Shown: positions 13,916-27,199 of the stretch, piece after piece
Numbering within the stretch: the stretch's first letter is position 1
How the letters are laid out: every line of letters begins with the position of its first letter
Source: Octopus vulgaris
Taxonomy: Eukaryota
Assembly (NCBI GenBank): GCA_951406725.2
Contig: OX597826.1
Location: 82,460,001 to 82,524,000 of the forward strand
Reading direction: 5' to 3'
DNA length: 64,000 nucleotides
Translations under genes and position numbers: made by a program
Notes under the pieces: generated by a model
Told to the model about the DNA's origin: nothing
The model's database searches: none
What the model saw: the letters and a program-made list of their open reading frames with translations, nothing else

Positions 13916-14190
13916 ATTTCCCTCTATTTAACCCTCTCACATCGCCTCTGATGAAGGGATATTTCATAATATCCCAGAAACAACTGTAAGACTAACTTTC
14001 TCTTTATAAATGTCCCGAAAATTCCACACAGCCTTGGCTTTCTTGTCTCATTTTATTTAACATATACAAGCTCATACAAGACCCGCTTTAGACTCCTCAC
14101 TCGTAGCAGTATCGAACCGAGAGTTTCCCTACCGTCCTTCCATTGACTTATATAGCTTTACCTGTCACACTGGGGCTTCTGCATACAAAT
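13916..14190 (+). mobile_element. PLE-type 3' terminus with hammerhead
   Basis: Homologous to 49750-50050 and, inverted, to 12979-13110. Confidence 0.65.
13944..13992 (+). ncRNA. Type I minimal hammerhead ribozyme
   Basis: gcct CTGATGA a gggatatt tcat aatatccc a GAAA caactg TA agac. 8-bp stem II, GUA cleavage triplet. Confidence 0.75.
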
Positions 14191-14410
14191 AACTCTCTTT
14201 GATTCCTTGCTAATACAATCATTTATTACAGGTAACGCTTATACATATACATACATACACATACGTATACGTACACACACACACACACATATATTTACAT
14301 GTATGTATATGAATATGTACATATATAAAAAAAAATATATATATTGTGCATATATATATACACACATACACACATATATACACATACATTCATATATATA
14401 TATATATATG

Positions 14411-14470
<60 letters not shown>

Positions 14471-14639
14471 TAGGGAATAAAACCAAATTTACAGGGAAAA
14501 ATCAGATTTAGGGTTGAATCCAATTTTATAGTAAAATATTATATAATATTAATTAGAGACAAAACCACTATTTTGCAAATCAAACAAGGAAAGACTTAAT
14601 CAATACATAAAAAAATTTTAATATAAAGTAAATAAATCG

Positions 14640-14683
14640 CCACTACAATTGTTTCCTGTCTTCAAATGACATTCATCAGGTGG
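14640..14683 (-). ncRNA. Type I minimal hammerhead ribozyme (left palindrome arm)
   Basis: Mirror copy of 14757-14800. Confidence 0.8.
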
Positions 14684-14756
14684 ATTTCGTATCTTCAATT
14701 CAATTTTAAAGTTATGAAGTCTTCATAACTTTAAAATTGAATTGAAGATACGAAAT

Positions 14757-14800
14757 CCACCTGATGAATGTCATTTGAAGACAGGAAACAATTGTAGTGG
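14757..14800 (+). ncRNA. Type I minimal hammerhead ribozyme (right palindrome arm)
   Basis: ccac CTGATGA a tgtc atttgaa gaca g GAAA caattg TA gtgg. Perfect stem I, palindromic stem III, predicted cut after 14796. Confidence 0.8.
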
Positions 14801-14884
14801 CGATTTATTTACTTTATATTAAAATTTTTTTATGTATTGATTAAGTCTTTCCTTGTTTGATTTGCAAAATAGTGGTTTTGTCTC

Positions 14885-14944
<60 letters not shown>

Positions 14945-14982
14945 AAAAAGGAGATGTGGAACACGAGTTGTGATATATAAAA

Positions 14983-15294
14983 AAGGAAATGAAGAAAATG
15001 GTGACAAAATAATTTAAGTAATTTATGTAATTTAATTAGGTAAAAGTTAATTTTACCGGTTGCGCATTTGTTATGCTTATCAAAAGATATTTTTCTAAGA
15101 GAGATCGAGTTCCTTTCTGATAGATTTTTTTCCTCTTATCTGGAAGGAGGAAAAAATCTATCAGAAAGGAACTCTATCTCTCTTAGAAAAATATCTTTTG
15201 ATAAGCATAACAAATGTGCAACCGGTAAAAAGAACTTTCACCTAATTAAATTACTTAAATTACTTAAATTATTTTGTCAGCATTTTCTTCATTT

Positions 15295-15298
<4 letters not shown>
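14983..15298. repeat. Fold-back inverted repeat, about 150-bp arms with an 11-nt loop
   Basis: 14983-15135 pairs with 15147-15298 with scattered mismatches; flanked by (TA)n. Confidence 0.9.
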
Positions 15299-15332
<34 letters not shown>

Positions 15333-18300
15333 ATTTATATATACATATAAATGTATATCTGTATATATCCTACATGCACACACTTATACATTTATATACA
15401 CGCATATGTATACATACACATATATATGTAAATAAAGAGAGAGGGTTTGTGTGTGAGTATGTCTGTGTTTGTGTGTGTGTCTGTGTGTGGTAAGTAGAAA
15501 GAGAGACAAAGAATACAGAGCTTTAATTCTTCAATTCGTATGTATCTATGTGCGTGTGTATATATAAAGCTGCAACAGAATCCGAAAGTCCTAAGAGGTA
15601 AAGAAAAACATAAGAAACTCTGTTTAATATAGCAGTCTTTCATTGCCGGATTAAGTGTAGCTGTGGGTTATTTACATAATAATTCCTCTTAAGTACCAAG
15701 GAGGTCTACACTCATCAGGAGATTCTCTTGCTGATATTGTTTTGTTTTGTTTTTTCTTTTTGTGGTGATGGTCAAACTTGGGAAGCACGGTGGTGGAAAA
15801 AAAATCGATGACATGAAAAGGTAAAAGCACAAGTTCCCTTATCCCTTATATTTGGCTTCTTTGCTTGACCAGCAAGTGTTTTGCTTTGGTTTAGCCTTCG
15901 TTCAGCCATGGGACACAAGACGGTCAGTGACCTTTCAATCATGACTCTATCCGAGGTTTTCCTCTTATTATTTATCTTTAAAATCCTTGTGCTCTACGTG
16001 TTCCTCTACTTCGAAAACATTAACTAATAAGGAAGTGTGTTTCCTACTCTCCATGTTCTCAGCTGGTCACGGTTGGAAATCTAGCCGGAAAGACTAATGA
16101 AAGCGGAGGAGCCCGGATCCTCCTAGGAATAAGTAAGCGGGGGAAATGGAAGGATGGACAGATGGATTAAGAATTTAGATGTGAGTTACTCTCGTCGGCA
16201 GATCAGATCGTCTGGGGAAGTTTATCATAATGTCACATAAAGTGATTTTCAAATTCAATACGAACTTTGTTGCTAAAGATATTCTGTCTACAGACTGTCG
16301 GTATTGATGTGGGAAAAAAAAAACTAAAATAACAAAGGATTACTTGAATAAACATCGGAAGGTATAGAAATCAGAACCGTCTGCTTTGAATAAAACACAG
16401 TTTTTTGAAATTAGGATTTGAATAGAAATAATGAACAAAAGTGTATTCCAGGAAAATCATTTCCTTAATAAAGAGTTTCAATATATAAAAAATATATATA
16501 AATTCAGTTTATGTGCGTGTTCTTAGACCTTAAATTGGCTGATTTTCTGCCGATTCGTGAAATAACGGCTCATTCATTCAATTTCAAGTCAATGCAAACA
16601 TTGGACTGCTTTAATCTCGCTGTAAGCTATATATATATACGCATATTTTTGTGTACTTCACACACAAATCTGTTTGATCTGAAGTGGCTACCGTATGATC
16701 CTATAGAGGCAGCAGTCCTATATATGTATTAACGTTATCATTTTACACTTAGGAGTGGTTCAAATATTTCATAATTCCCTCGAGGGGAAGTTAACTGTGC
16801 TGTTGATGCTATCATTTCCTCTGTATATCCGATGGTCTCTTTTATAAAGTAGAATAGTATATTCCTTCACAAAGAACGTAGTTTGCTAGCGGAAATGCTT
16901 CATTTGAAAATGCAAATAGCTCCCCTTCCTCTTCATCTAACAGATCGTGGGACCAGTCACGAATCTACTGGACTTTTTCCTCATAGTTCCACGACCAGCA
17001 GTTATTGACCTACTTTCAAATATTGCCTCGACTTTTGCACTAGAAACCCGAATAATATTCACCAACCTAAACCGGCGCTTCATTAGATTGGTTCAAAGAT
17101 ACGTTACCCTTTATCACGATTTATTGATATCGAAAGTTTAACAAGTTTTTCTTACACAAAAGAAGTAACAGTCTTCCAGGCGTGCCTCACTCAATGTCTT
17201 CTGTATGTATGGATTTATGTGTATCTCTATGCATGAATCTATATAGGTTTGGCTGTATATATGTGTGTGTGTGTGTATATATACGGTATGCTTCCCAAAA
17301 ACATGGAGTAGAGAAACAAAACAGCATTCAGATAAAGAAAAAAAATAACGTAAAAATATGACAAAACCGAATAATTGCATATAATTTGGTCATTCTATGA
17401 ATACTAGTAGAAGTTTTAAGTAGGGTCTGCTTGAAACGATGCCATTCTAAAGTAGTGTAAAAACAGAAATTCATATAACACAGAACGTATAACATATATT
17501 TTTGTTATTAATTATATTTAATGCATTTCATGGCAGGCGTTCAATTTTATTTCGAAAGAGAATTGAATCCGTTCTGTGTGACAGAAGGGAAATCTTCCAA
17601 AAGTTAAGAAGTTTCTCTCTGCTGCTTTAGTATTCGTTTATATACCACCACTAACAATCAAGCCACCCCCCCACTCTCACTCCCTCTAGCCAGTTGTCTA
17701 ACTCCCACCATTTCTCCCACATCTCTCTCTTTCTCTCTCTCCCTCTCTTCCTCACCCCCTGCTCTCATTCTATATTTTTCGGTAATAAATGACATTTTGA
17801 TAGCAAGCAAATTTTGTCCCTCTGTTGTTTGTAATTCTCTCTTATTTAGTCTGTGAGCAAGCTAAGTTAAACACACCTATTACTAAAGAAACTATCAACT
17901 TTCTGTCGATAGACATGCTTCAGTTTTTCTCAATACTAACGTAAATAATCAGCCACACAGACATTTTCCCACACATATGTAGATATGTGTGTGACTGCGC
18001 GTGTGCGTGCCTTTGAACGTTCGTGTCTGTGAGGGGGTAGGGTGGGGTAGCATTCGTGTTCTTGTTCATTAAATCTTTTATATATGCATATCTCAGTTGA
18101 AGCCTAACCTAATAAGTCAAAGAGACTAATATAGTTATACACAAATTTGTGCGTTGATACACATATATTTTATAGTTATATACACATACATTGCACATTC
18201 TTAAGATATGCGTGACTATTTGCTATGAGATACACACATATATACCTACATATCTACTTTAATAAATACATACATGTGCACGGATACACACATAACATTA

Positions 18301-20468
18301 CTTAATGCTGAGTCCAAGAGTGTCAATATATCGGCCAAGATAGAGTAGAACTTAGGTTGATTCCCAGCTTTGGAACATACTGTTGGACACATGAACAACT
18401 CATTAAAAACCTCTATAGTCGAGTTACTCCTTTATTCCAAATGTAAATTCAGAAATTAATTCACGGTATGTGGAAATTGGGTTCCATTTTCTGTAGTATT
18501 CACGCGTCGCTAGTTCTTTTCTTTGATTTATTGCTTATAGCTTTCAATATAACACACACACACACACACACACATACGTATGTGTGTGTGTGTGTGTATT
18601 TTAATATAATCTAGAGAAAGTTACAAAATATTTAATGTTTCGTAGGAGCATTTACGTCCACATATGCCTATGAATAGAGACAGGGTGAGATAAATTCAAA
18701 AGTAATTGTAAAATGGCTGTAAGTGAATTTATTTGTACCCGTCGTTGGTCTGCTTAGATCTGGCGTCAGTTAATCGGCAACATACCAGCATGGCTCCTTC
18801 GTCACAAAAAGTTAATGCCGAAAATAACCTGAAAAATAAATCTATTTATGCTGGGTACTACAATCATGCTTTAGAATCCTGCCTCACAGTTTTTGGGCTT
18901 GCTCTTACTTTGGTCCATGCACTTTTTGTTGTAAACTCCGCCAGTTTGTAAGAATTCTACAATTACCAAACTCTCCAGTTCATTTCAGAGTTGTGATACT
19001 TGTATTTAAAGATGCATACTAGAAAATATAACTGCTCATTATCTCCTGGAATTATTGTCGGTAAAGGAATGTGTTTTTTGACACATGTTCCTATGCACAA
19101 CATTTCCACCATGAAATCCATACACTGTGTTACTGGCGAATTCCTTCTCGTAGCTTGATTTTACCTTTATGCTATCGTGTTTACTTTCATGTGGAATTTT
19201 ATTGGGACCTGCAATTTAATCGTAGTTTAGATAAACTCATTTAGTTTTCAGTTTGTGCATGAGGACATTGCTCAGCTTTCGGTGATAAATATTAATCAAG
19301 TTTCTGGAATATCAAGTCAATGACCTCTTTTTCCATTTTGTTTTCTTTCATCTCTTGCTATCCTGTCATAACCAGTTTTATGCATTTCAATGATATGACC
19401 GAAACATATGTAGGAAAGTTTTGAAAATATTTCGCAGGATTAACACCAATGCTCAAATGTATATTATTTTTCCGGTTGTATTTTCTACACGCCAGCACAG
19501 TGGTTTGTAGAAGAATGCGATAATAATTACGCTGGACGTAGTATGAAAACTTTGGTTTCAAATAGGAGAGAAAATTGACAAAATATTTCACACTTTGATT
19601 TAGCGCATTGAGCAAGAAGAGGTTTCCTTAAATGCGAAAGTTGACTTTGGTGAAAAATTTCATAAAAATGGTCATTGTAAACTGTATTGTAAAGGAAAAA
19701 AAAAACATCTCAGATATTTGTTTCGTACAATAATTTCAAAAACCTGTTTTGCTAGAAAAAAGGTTGTCAACATATTTTAATGGAAGAAAGATAAGGAACT
19801 TTTGGGACTCCGTCAACTAGGCTGACCCTCATTGTGTGACTAGTCGAAAAAGAGTTGTTCAATATTGTAGAAACTAACGGCTAGAGAATATTTTGAATTA
19901 ACCTTTTGTTTTAATACAATGCATTCCATCAAGTCGTACAAGAGAACGAAGTTAACAGGTCTAATTTCAGACTGATGAAACATATGACGATCCCTTCCTC
20001 TCAAGTTCATTTATATGATGCATGAGGCAGGCACTTGAGTTTGAATCTGTGTTGTTTGCTGTTGTCTGTTGAGAGAATTTGTTAGGAAGGTCAGGAGACA
20101 AACCCACGCGTTGTGTCAATGAATCATCATCTTACATACTCTTGAAGATTCTAAATTGTTATGGCGTCAAGAAAATACAATTCTTTCTGGTAAGAAAATA
20201 GTTTCCAAAGTGAACAGAGAAACCCGGAGGTTATCCTTAGCTCATCGGTAAAAAGCCTGTCATGTATACAGAGAATGTGGGCCCAAGTCCCATCGGCAAT
20301 CTTCAAATCTTTTAAATCAATATTTATATGATACAATTAGTTAGAGCTTTATCTACGTGGAGGTCAACAGTGACAAATGAATTAATGCTCTTTCAAAGTT
20401 TCAAAATTTTTATTACGTAAACAATATCTCTGTGTGTGTGCGTACATCTAGCTAGCTAGCTATCTCCA

Positions 20469-20563
<95 letters not shown>

Positions 20564-22019
20564 CAGGTGAACACATAAATGTAAAACAAGGTGGAAAATT
20601 AGCACTCGAATACCAAATGTGGAGTATTCATCACAACTGTTCGACGAATAGGAACGTGAAACTCTGAGTAACAGTTCTGCGTTAATTTTGCAGCTTTAAT
20701 GAAATATATATGCACAAGAAGTTTTGTACATTTTGCTATCCATTCTAATAAGCTTGCAAAGTACTGTCCAATGAAGATTATATCAGAAAAAAAAGAGGGA
20801 AAATATTGAACCTGAGAAAATGTGTTTTCGAAGCGAACTTTTTTCACAACACTTGAATTTTTATTTTGAGATTTTAGGTTCGGTGAATCGTCGATAACAT
20901 TGTATCGTCTTCTTAATCGTTTCTTTGAATTTTACTTAAGTCGGTCTGTGAATGTCAGGAGTCATTCTCTAAGTCTGTAAGTTTTCGCGAAAATCGATGA
21001 TATCATGAATGACATTTAATGAAGATTTAGGTAGTTTCATATTTCGAAATTGAATCTTACCAGAGCACATTTTAAATATTTTACGAGCTGGTAAATTTAT
21101 ACGAATGAGAACAAGACATATAATCCAATAACGACATCTCTTTATTGGTATTTAAATGAACAAAAGTTGTAAAGAAACGAGAAAATCATGTTCAAGAATG
21201 CTGTAACAAACTTCTGTAACGTACTGCCATGATAATTGATTTTAATCCGCCACTTGGTGGACATACAGTGGAAATAGTTGTCTTTAGCAAATCTTACTTT
21301 GTAGCAAGCATTTCGTCTAGGCCTCCGGTCTAAGGACGACTGCATTGCTCTCACACCCAAGTCACACAACCCTAGTAAAAGAGCATGGACGCTGCCCCTT
21401 CTCCGACGACATCATCTGAAGAAAATTTGAGAACAAATAGATCTATGTTATTCTTTGTAAGATTCTTGTCAGAATATTCCTAGGACCATGTATTTTAATT
21501 ATTTCCCGATTTAAGGTATATAGGCCTAATGACTAAATTTTATTTCTAGCTTGTAGAGCAGCCGCTTACCTTCGTTACTTTACTGCTGGACATCTATTTG
21601 GAGGATCAAGTTCAGGTACACTTGGTTAAACACACCTGAGATTCACGCTTCAAAAACTACTCGAAATAAGTATTTTTACTCCATTTGTTTAAAACGAAAT
21701 TAATCTTAATCAGTTATACTAATTCTTCAAAAAAGTCCAATTTCTGACAATCAAATTTTTGTGTTAAGAAACTAACTACTGGAGAGTGAAGAAGCAATGC
21801 TGGGAGCGTTACTCTCGCTGACGGACCTAAGAATCGGAAACGCTTACAGCTGTTTGCTTTTTCTTAAAGAATGCCAGATAATCACCAATATTATTTCATA
21901 ATCATCGTAATTAAATAGTATTGATAATCAAAGCGTTAGATATGATGATTCCTGCAGTTTCCCTTATTTAGAGAAGAGTTTCACCGTTTACACAATTCAG
22001 TTAAGAGAAAAGGTCGCTA

Positions 22020-23040
22020 TCAGTAGAGGAAACATAGTGGTCAGTTAACGAAGTCGAGTGATTACGTTTACTGGGCCATTTAATAAAGTATATTGTAAGT
22101 TTAATAAACATATATAGGTCAGTTAATGAAACATATTGGTGCAATGTAGAGGTGATTTAAGAGACTATATTGATGCATAATTAGTAAATGAAAAACTGGT
22201 CATTTAATAAAATATTTCTGTCATTCGAGGAAATATAATGGTCCTTTAACGGAACTTGCAAGTCATTTTATGATGTCTACTGGTCTTATACTGATATATA
22301 TTGATATTTATAAAATATAATGGTAAATAAATGCAACACATTGGTCTATGGAGGAAATATACTTGTCACTTAATAACCCGGCGTAGGTTATGTTTGATGC
22401 TTTTATGAGAATATAGGCTTTCCATGTTGTTTCGAGTAATCTCAGAATCGATCTTCTTCCTCCAAGTTTTGCTCTGAGCCCCTGCAACGTCCGCTGTTTT
22501 CCCAACAATAAGTGCAGGTATTTGGACCTGTCAACTGCGTCGGGATTGCAAGGAATTGTAGAGTAAACCTGGCCTCATTCCGTGTCTGCCATAGTTTTAA
22601 AATGTCTGGTGCTCATCTCTGCTTCAAATACGTGAGTGACACGACAAACTTTATTCATCAGTCTCTGGAACCCCCCCCCCCAGTCACATAAAGTCTAATA
22701 AAATGTAATCAGTTTACGGAACGATTTTGACCCCTGCTGCTGGTGCATGCACCTATTGAGCCGAGATCAACGGAAAACTGCAACGTGCGATGGTGGATTA
22801 TGTCGCAGGTCATTTCTATAATCAATGAACACCATGGATTATCGAATATTATTGAATATATTGGCTATTTAATGACTTATACCGGTTCTGAATAAACCAG
22901 ATAGGTCAGGCTGAGGAAATATAGTGGTCTTTAACGAAGACAACTATGCATTAAGTGAAATGCTGTGGGGATTTCTGAAAATGTAATGGTCAGTTAATAA
23001 ACTGTGCTGGTCAGTTGATGAAGCAGAGGGTCAGCAAGAG
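22020..23040. repeat. Degenerate 21-bp minisatellite interrupted by an unrelated insert of about 400 bp
   Basis: Units gaaatataatggtcctttaac, gaaacatagtggtcagttaac, gaaatatacttgtcacttaat at 22020-22400 and 22840-23040. Confidence 0.65.
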
Positions 23041-25993
23041 ATAGGTCCGACAGTTTAGGACTTCGTTTACTCAACTGGTGTAAACATCTCGTAACATGTA
23101 ACGGTTGATTTGAAGGAATCAAACACGCAACTCTCTTTCTACTCTTTATATGGAAATTATAGATGTCTTTATGTTGCCCATCTGTTGATTTTAATTGCGT
23201 CCAAAAGCAATTTATGTTTGCGGCAAATAGAAACTAATAAAACTAGTACAACTGGAATCGGTTCTTGGCATGGCACAAATATAACCACCTATAATTCTGG
23301 AAGTCATATATCAGTAGGACCGTAGTCTTTTGACTGTAGGCAGAAAACGAAAGAAGGTGAATGATTCGGGGGAAAATAGGAGGTGTGGCTCTTGTGCAGT
23401 TTATTCTGAATGTGTAATTGTAAGTCAAATAGCTTTCAAAGTACAAAAACTAGCAAAACCTATGCGATATAATCGTTCATTTTCAAGAAATAGCAACCAG
23501 ATCCCCGTCAAATGAAGGCTTGTCATAAAAAGAGGTAGCTGCCCTGGATATGCTACGTTTGAAAAAAAAACACAACGCGATGGTTTTGACTGGAAAACAA
23601 TTAGCAGAAAAAATGCTCGATCGGGTTTAACATGAGATTACATACTAAGTACCTCAATCAATGATTAACATTGCATACTTGTCAAATTAAATTACCGTAT
23701 TTGTACCTAATTAATTTAACGACTTGATCAATTTAATGATTGAATAAATTAAGCGAAATAAAGTAAAGGAATGGAAACATGCTCTAAATAAACAATTTAT
23801 TATCCAATTCATCTCTAAATTTCCAACTTGTTGAAATAATTGCCTGAATTAATATTAATTACTTACGTAAACGAGATTTTTTTTTCTTCGTTCAATGTGT
23901 CCCAGCCGACAACAAAAGAAGTTATTTCTCCATCAATACCACATCAATAAAAGAAACAAATCACTTTTTTCTTCTCTAGCTTTCCACTTCTCCAGTTGTT
24001 TCACTGTTAAACGATTAATTACATATAGTTGTGCTTTTTGCTTTACAAGAGTTCAGATCTGAGCGAAAAAACTTCTAATCGGAAAGCGTTCTATATGCAA
24101 TTCTCCTTTTTACATTGATTAAAGCATAGAATATATCCGAGAATCTTTTCTGAAATGATTTCGTTTGATTGAAAGCAAATATGGAGGCTACCAAATACAC
24201 GCTTAGACTTGAGCTAGAATAGTTAAACAAATCAAGACAATTCAAATGACTCGTAACATACACTTGTCTTTCCCTAGCGTTGAGCCACTGTCTGTCATTT
24301 CAAATATATTTCAGAGTAACTTCTGTTTCCTCAAATATGATTTAACTTGAGTTTCATGTCTTACAGAGTGAGCTGTTTTGATCAATTTCAACAGGGCTGT
24401 TGTTGTGTAGGAATTCATAGTAAATGTGTCAAGCATCTTACTTCACATTGTAGTAGTGGATATGTTCTTTCAGAGATGAACCTACCAAGGGATCTAGCGT
24501 ACATATCGTTTCTTACACGTTCTCCTACGTTACTTAGGCAATGTTTTTTCTGGTTGCAAACTCTAAATTACCATTTATTGATTTCCTGGTTGTGAAAATA
24601 GATAACAATAATTCTTAACAGTTAAAGGAGGGCATGGAATGGGGAAGTATGAACACCGCAGACAGGAACGGGATGTAAGCATATCCAAAAAACAAGTTTT
24701 CGGCAATTCATTCCAAACACTATTAAATGCATTCTTTTATTATTTAATTTGTTTCAGTAGTTTGACTGCGGCCATGCTGGAGCACCGCCTTATATATGTA
24801 TATAGAATAAACTCCTCAAAGATGAATTTAAGCTGTAATTTTAACGGTATGTGATATGTAAGTGTGTTTATTGATATCAAGATTGTTTAGAGATGGAAAA
24901 ATTTAATGGAGTCACTTATGTCGTAAATGAATGTAGGATTAATGGAATGTATGGTATACGGGTGTTTGGTGCAATGGGAGATGTGATGTAACCATACTCG
25001 TAACGGGGGGTTATTGGTAAATTATGATGTACCGTGTTTATGTGCCGTTTGTATAAAGTGTCATTTGCGATGTAATAGTGTTTAGGATTCAATGGTCTTT
25101 ACGATTCCAAAGTATATCTTTGTATGTATAATGTTTTATTACTTATAACGTCAGTATCTATATCTGATTTCGTTTCACAATTTATGAGATAACATTACAC
25201 GGAGAAGTAATAAATAATAATGGCGACGGCTGTGTATAACTGGAAATAATTTAATATTATTACAAGTATACTATAGGATATTAGAAAAACTATTTCATTT
25301 AGCATGGAGTAAATGGTGACAAAAAAATGAACGTGCCGTTGAGATGCAAATATCGTTAATAAAGGAATGATGATTGCCATCACGTAGATGATAAATAGCT
25401 CTACCTGTCCATCAAACCAACTCGGTTTTTGATGGTAGTTATTTCACTTAACATAAACGCATTGAACACAAGCATTAACTCGGCAATTGGAATTTACCTC
25501 AATAATCATTAGATGAAGGATGTATCAGATAAGAGCCAATTTTTCCTTTTTTTTATTGAATCATAAGTTGTAATAGGCTCTGTGAGTAATGCTGTTTTAT
25601 ACATTCATTTGAGTCCTTCCAGATGTATCCAACATATATATGCTATACGAAGATACAGATTTATATAGAGTTCATAGATTAATTGTACTCATATTAGGTT
25701 GCAGACACATACACACACACGCACACACATATAAACATATATTCACGTTTCGCTTAAACACAGTGATAATAATAATCTGATGTTAGAATTCAATATAGAT
25801 ATGCGTCAGAATAACATGTCACTCGAATACGGAGCATATGAAATTAAATAAACGACAAAAAGAAACGATGCAATTAACTTCGTTAGCTGAAAGCTGTTCT
25901 TACAATAGGATGCGGAAACAGCTGTAAGCTTATTAAGTTCATTACATAATTTCCTGTTCTTTTGTCATTATGTTTCTCTCACTCACCCTCTCA

Positions 25994-26025
<32 letters not shown>

Positions 26026-26120
26026 GTATATGTGTGTGTGTCACGTATGGTGTGGGCGGAGGTGTATATCTGTGTGTATACATATACATACACACATATA
26101 TTATATATATATATATATAA

Positions 26121-26155
<35 letters not shown>

Positions 26156-27199
26156 TTCACAAACAGGCACACGCATACATACACGCATGTATACATACAT
26201 GAACACAGATACACGCTGTCATAATGTACATGTGAATGTGTGCGTGTATATATAACTATATCTCAATGTGTAAGTGCAAGTGAGCCTATTTACAGGTGTT
26301 TGTTACCTTGAAAACTAAACCAGATTTAAATGAATAAATCCTGGCAGACAAGCGAATGTGTTACTGAAATTATGTCGGTTGCCGCATGACTTTTCTTTTT
26401 TTAAACGGCTGATATTGCAAACTGATATCAAATTAACCTGTTACTTCCACCTCTAGAATTTAAATAAGAGTATTAATTGAATGCTTCTCCAGTTTTCTGC
26501 TTTTTTTCTAATTACCGAACACACCTTCGCTCTGACACATTAAACTGATCACATTAATTATTTTGTATTTCTGTTAGAAACGGGGTTAATTATTTTCAAG
26601 ACTATGTAGGTGAAGGATTCAACCTCTTGTAACTGTCTATTTTCCAAATTAGATTGTCTGCGAGTTGGTTTTCTGTTATGGAGACTTGAATTTAATGTCG
26701 GAGAGCCACGTGTCGAGCTTATCAACTTTGTCAAGGCAAGACAATAGTCTTGTCTGTAAGACCGCTGCGCACTTTCTCGTGCAATGTTAAGTTTTCCTAG
26801 GATGCTGTGACATGATAATTTTGTCCGATTTACAGATCACTGCGTTTCCTATCATCCGGATCTATTTCATGGATATTCTACTAAAACCAGAGGCAGTGGA
26901 CTATAACTAAACGAAAACGTCATCAGGAACTTTGTGAAAGTGCAAGCAAGCAACAATAGTAATCTCCAGTGTCCGATCTAATATTCTGCTGTTTCTAAGC
27001 GACTCACCCTTCATTCGTTTTCTTTATTGTAATTCAATACATTTGTTGTCACAACTAATTTAACCATGAGTAAACCTTCGATTAAATGTAATCCGATGGT
27101 GCCTATTATGTCTTGTGTTCAGACTTAATGAATCAAGTAAAACGTTGTGAAATATAGACACTTTCAAGGCAAAAAGAAATGATTCAAAGAATATCTGGT

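Larger units (their letters stand above)
14550..14890. repeat. Perfect palindrome, 170-bp arms with a 1-nt spacer (T14720)
   Basis: 14550-14719 is the exact reverse complement of 14721-14890, including homopolymer lengths. Confidence 0.95.

Noticed and set aside
18600-19330. Possible RTE-like RT relic (also endonuclease-like traces at 26590-26900 and 33350-33780)
   Set aside because: Motifs too eroded to support a feature call without a search.
19970-20000. Isolated CTGATGA (also at about 11445, 15712, 22655, 26920, 30995, 31318 on minus)
   Set aside because: No compatible stem II, GAAA or stem I.
22020-22400. CRISPR-like array
   Set aside because: Eukaryotic context, degenerate tandem units, no unique spacers and no cas genes.
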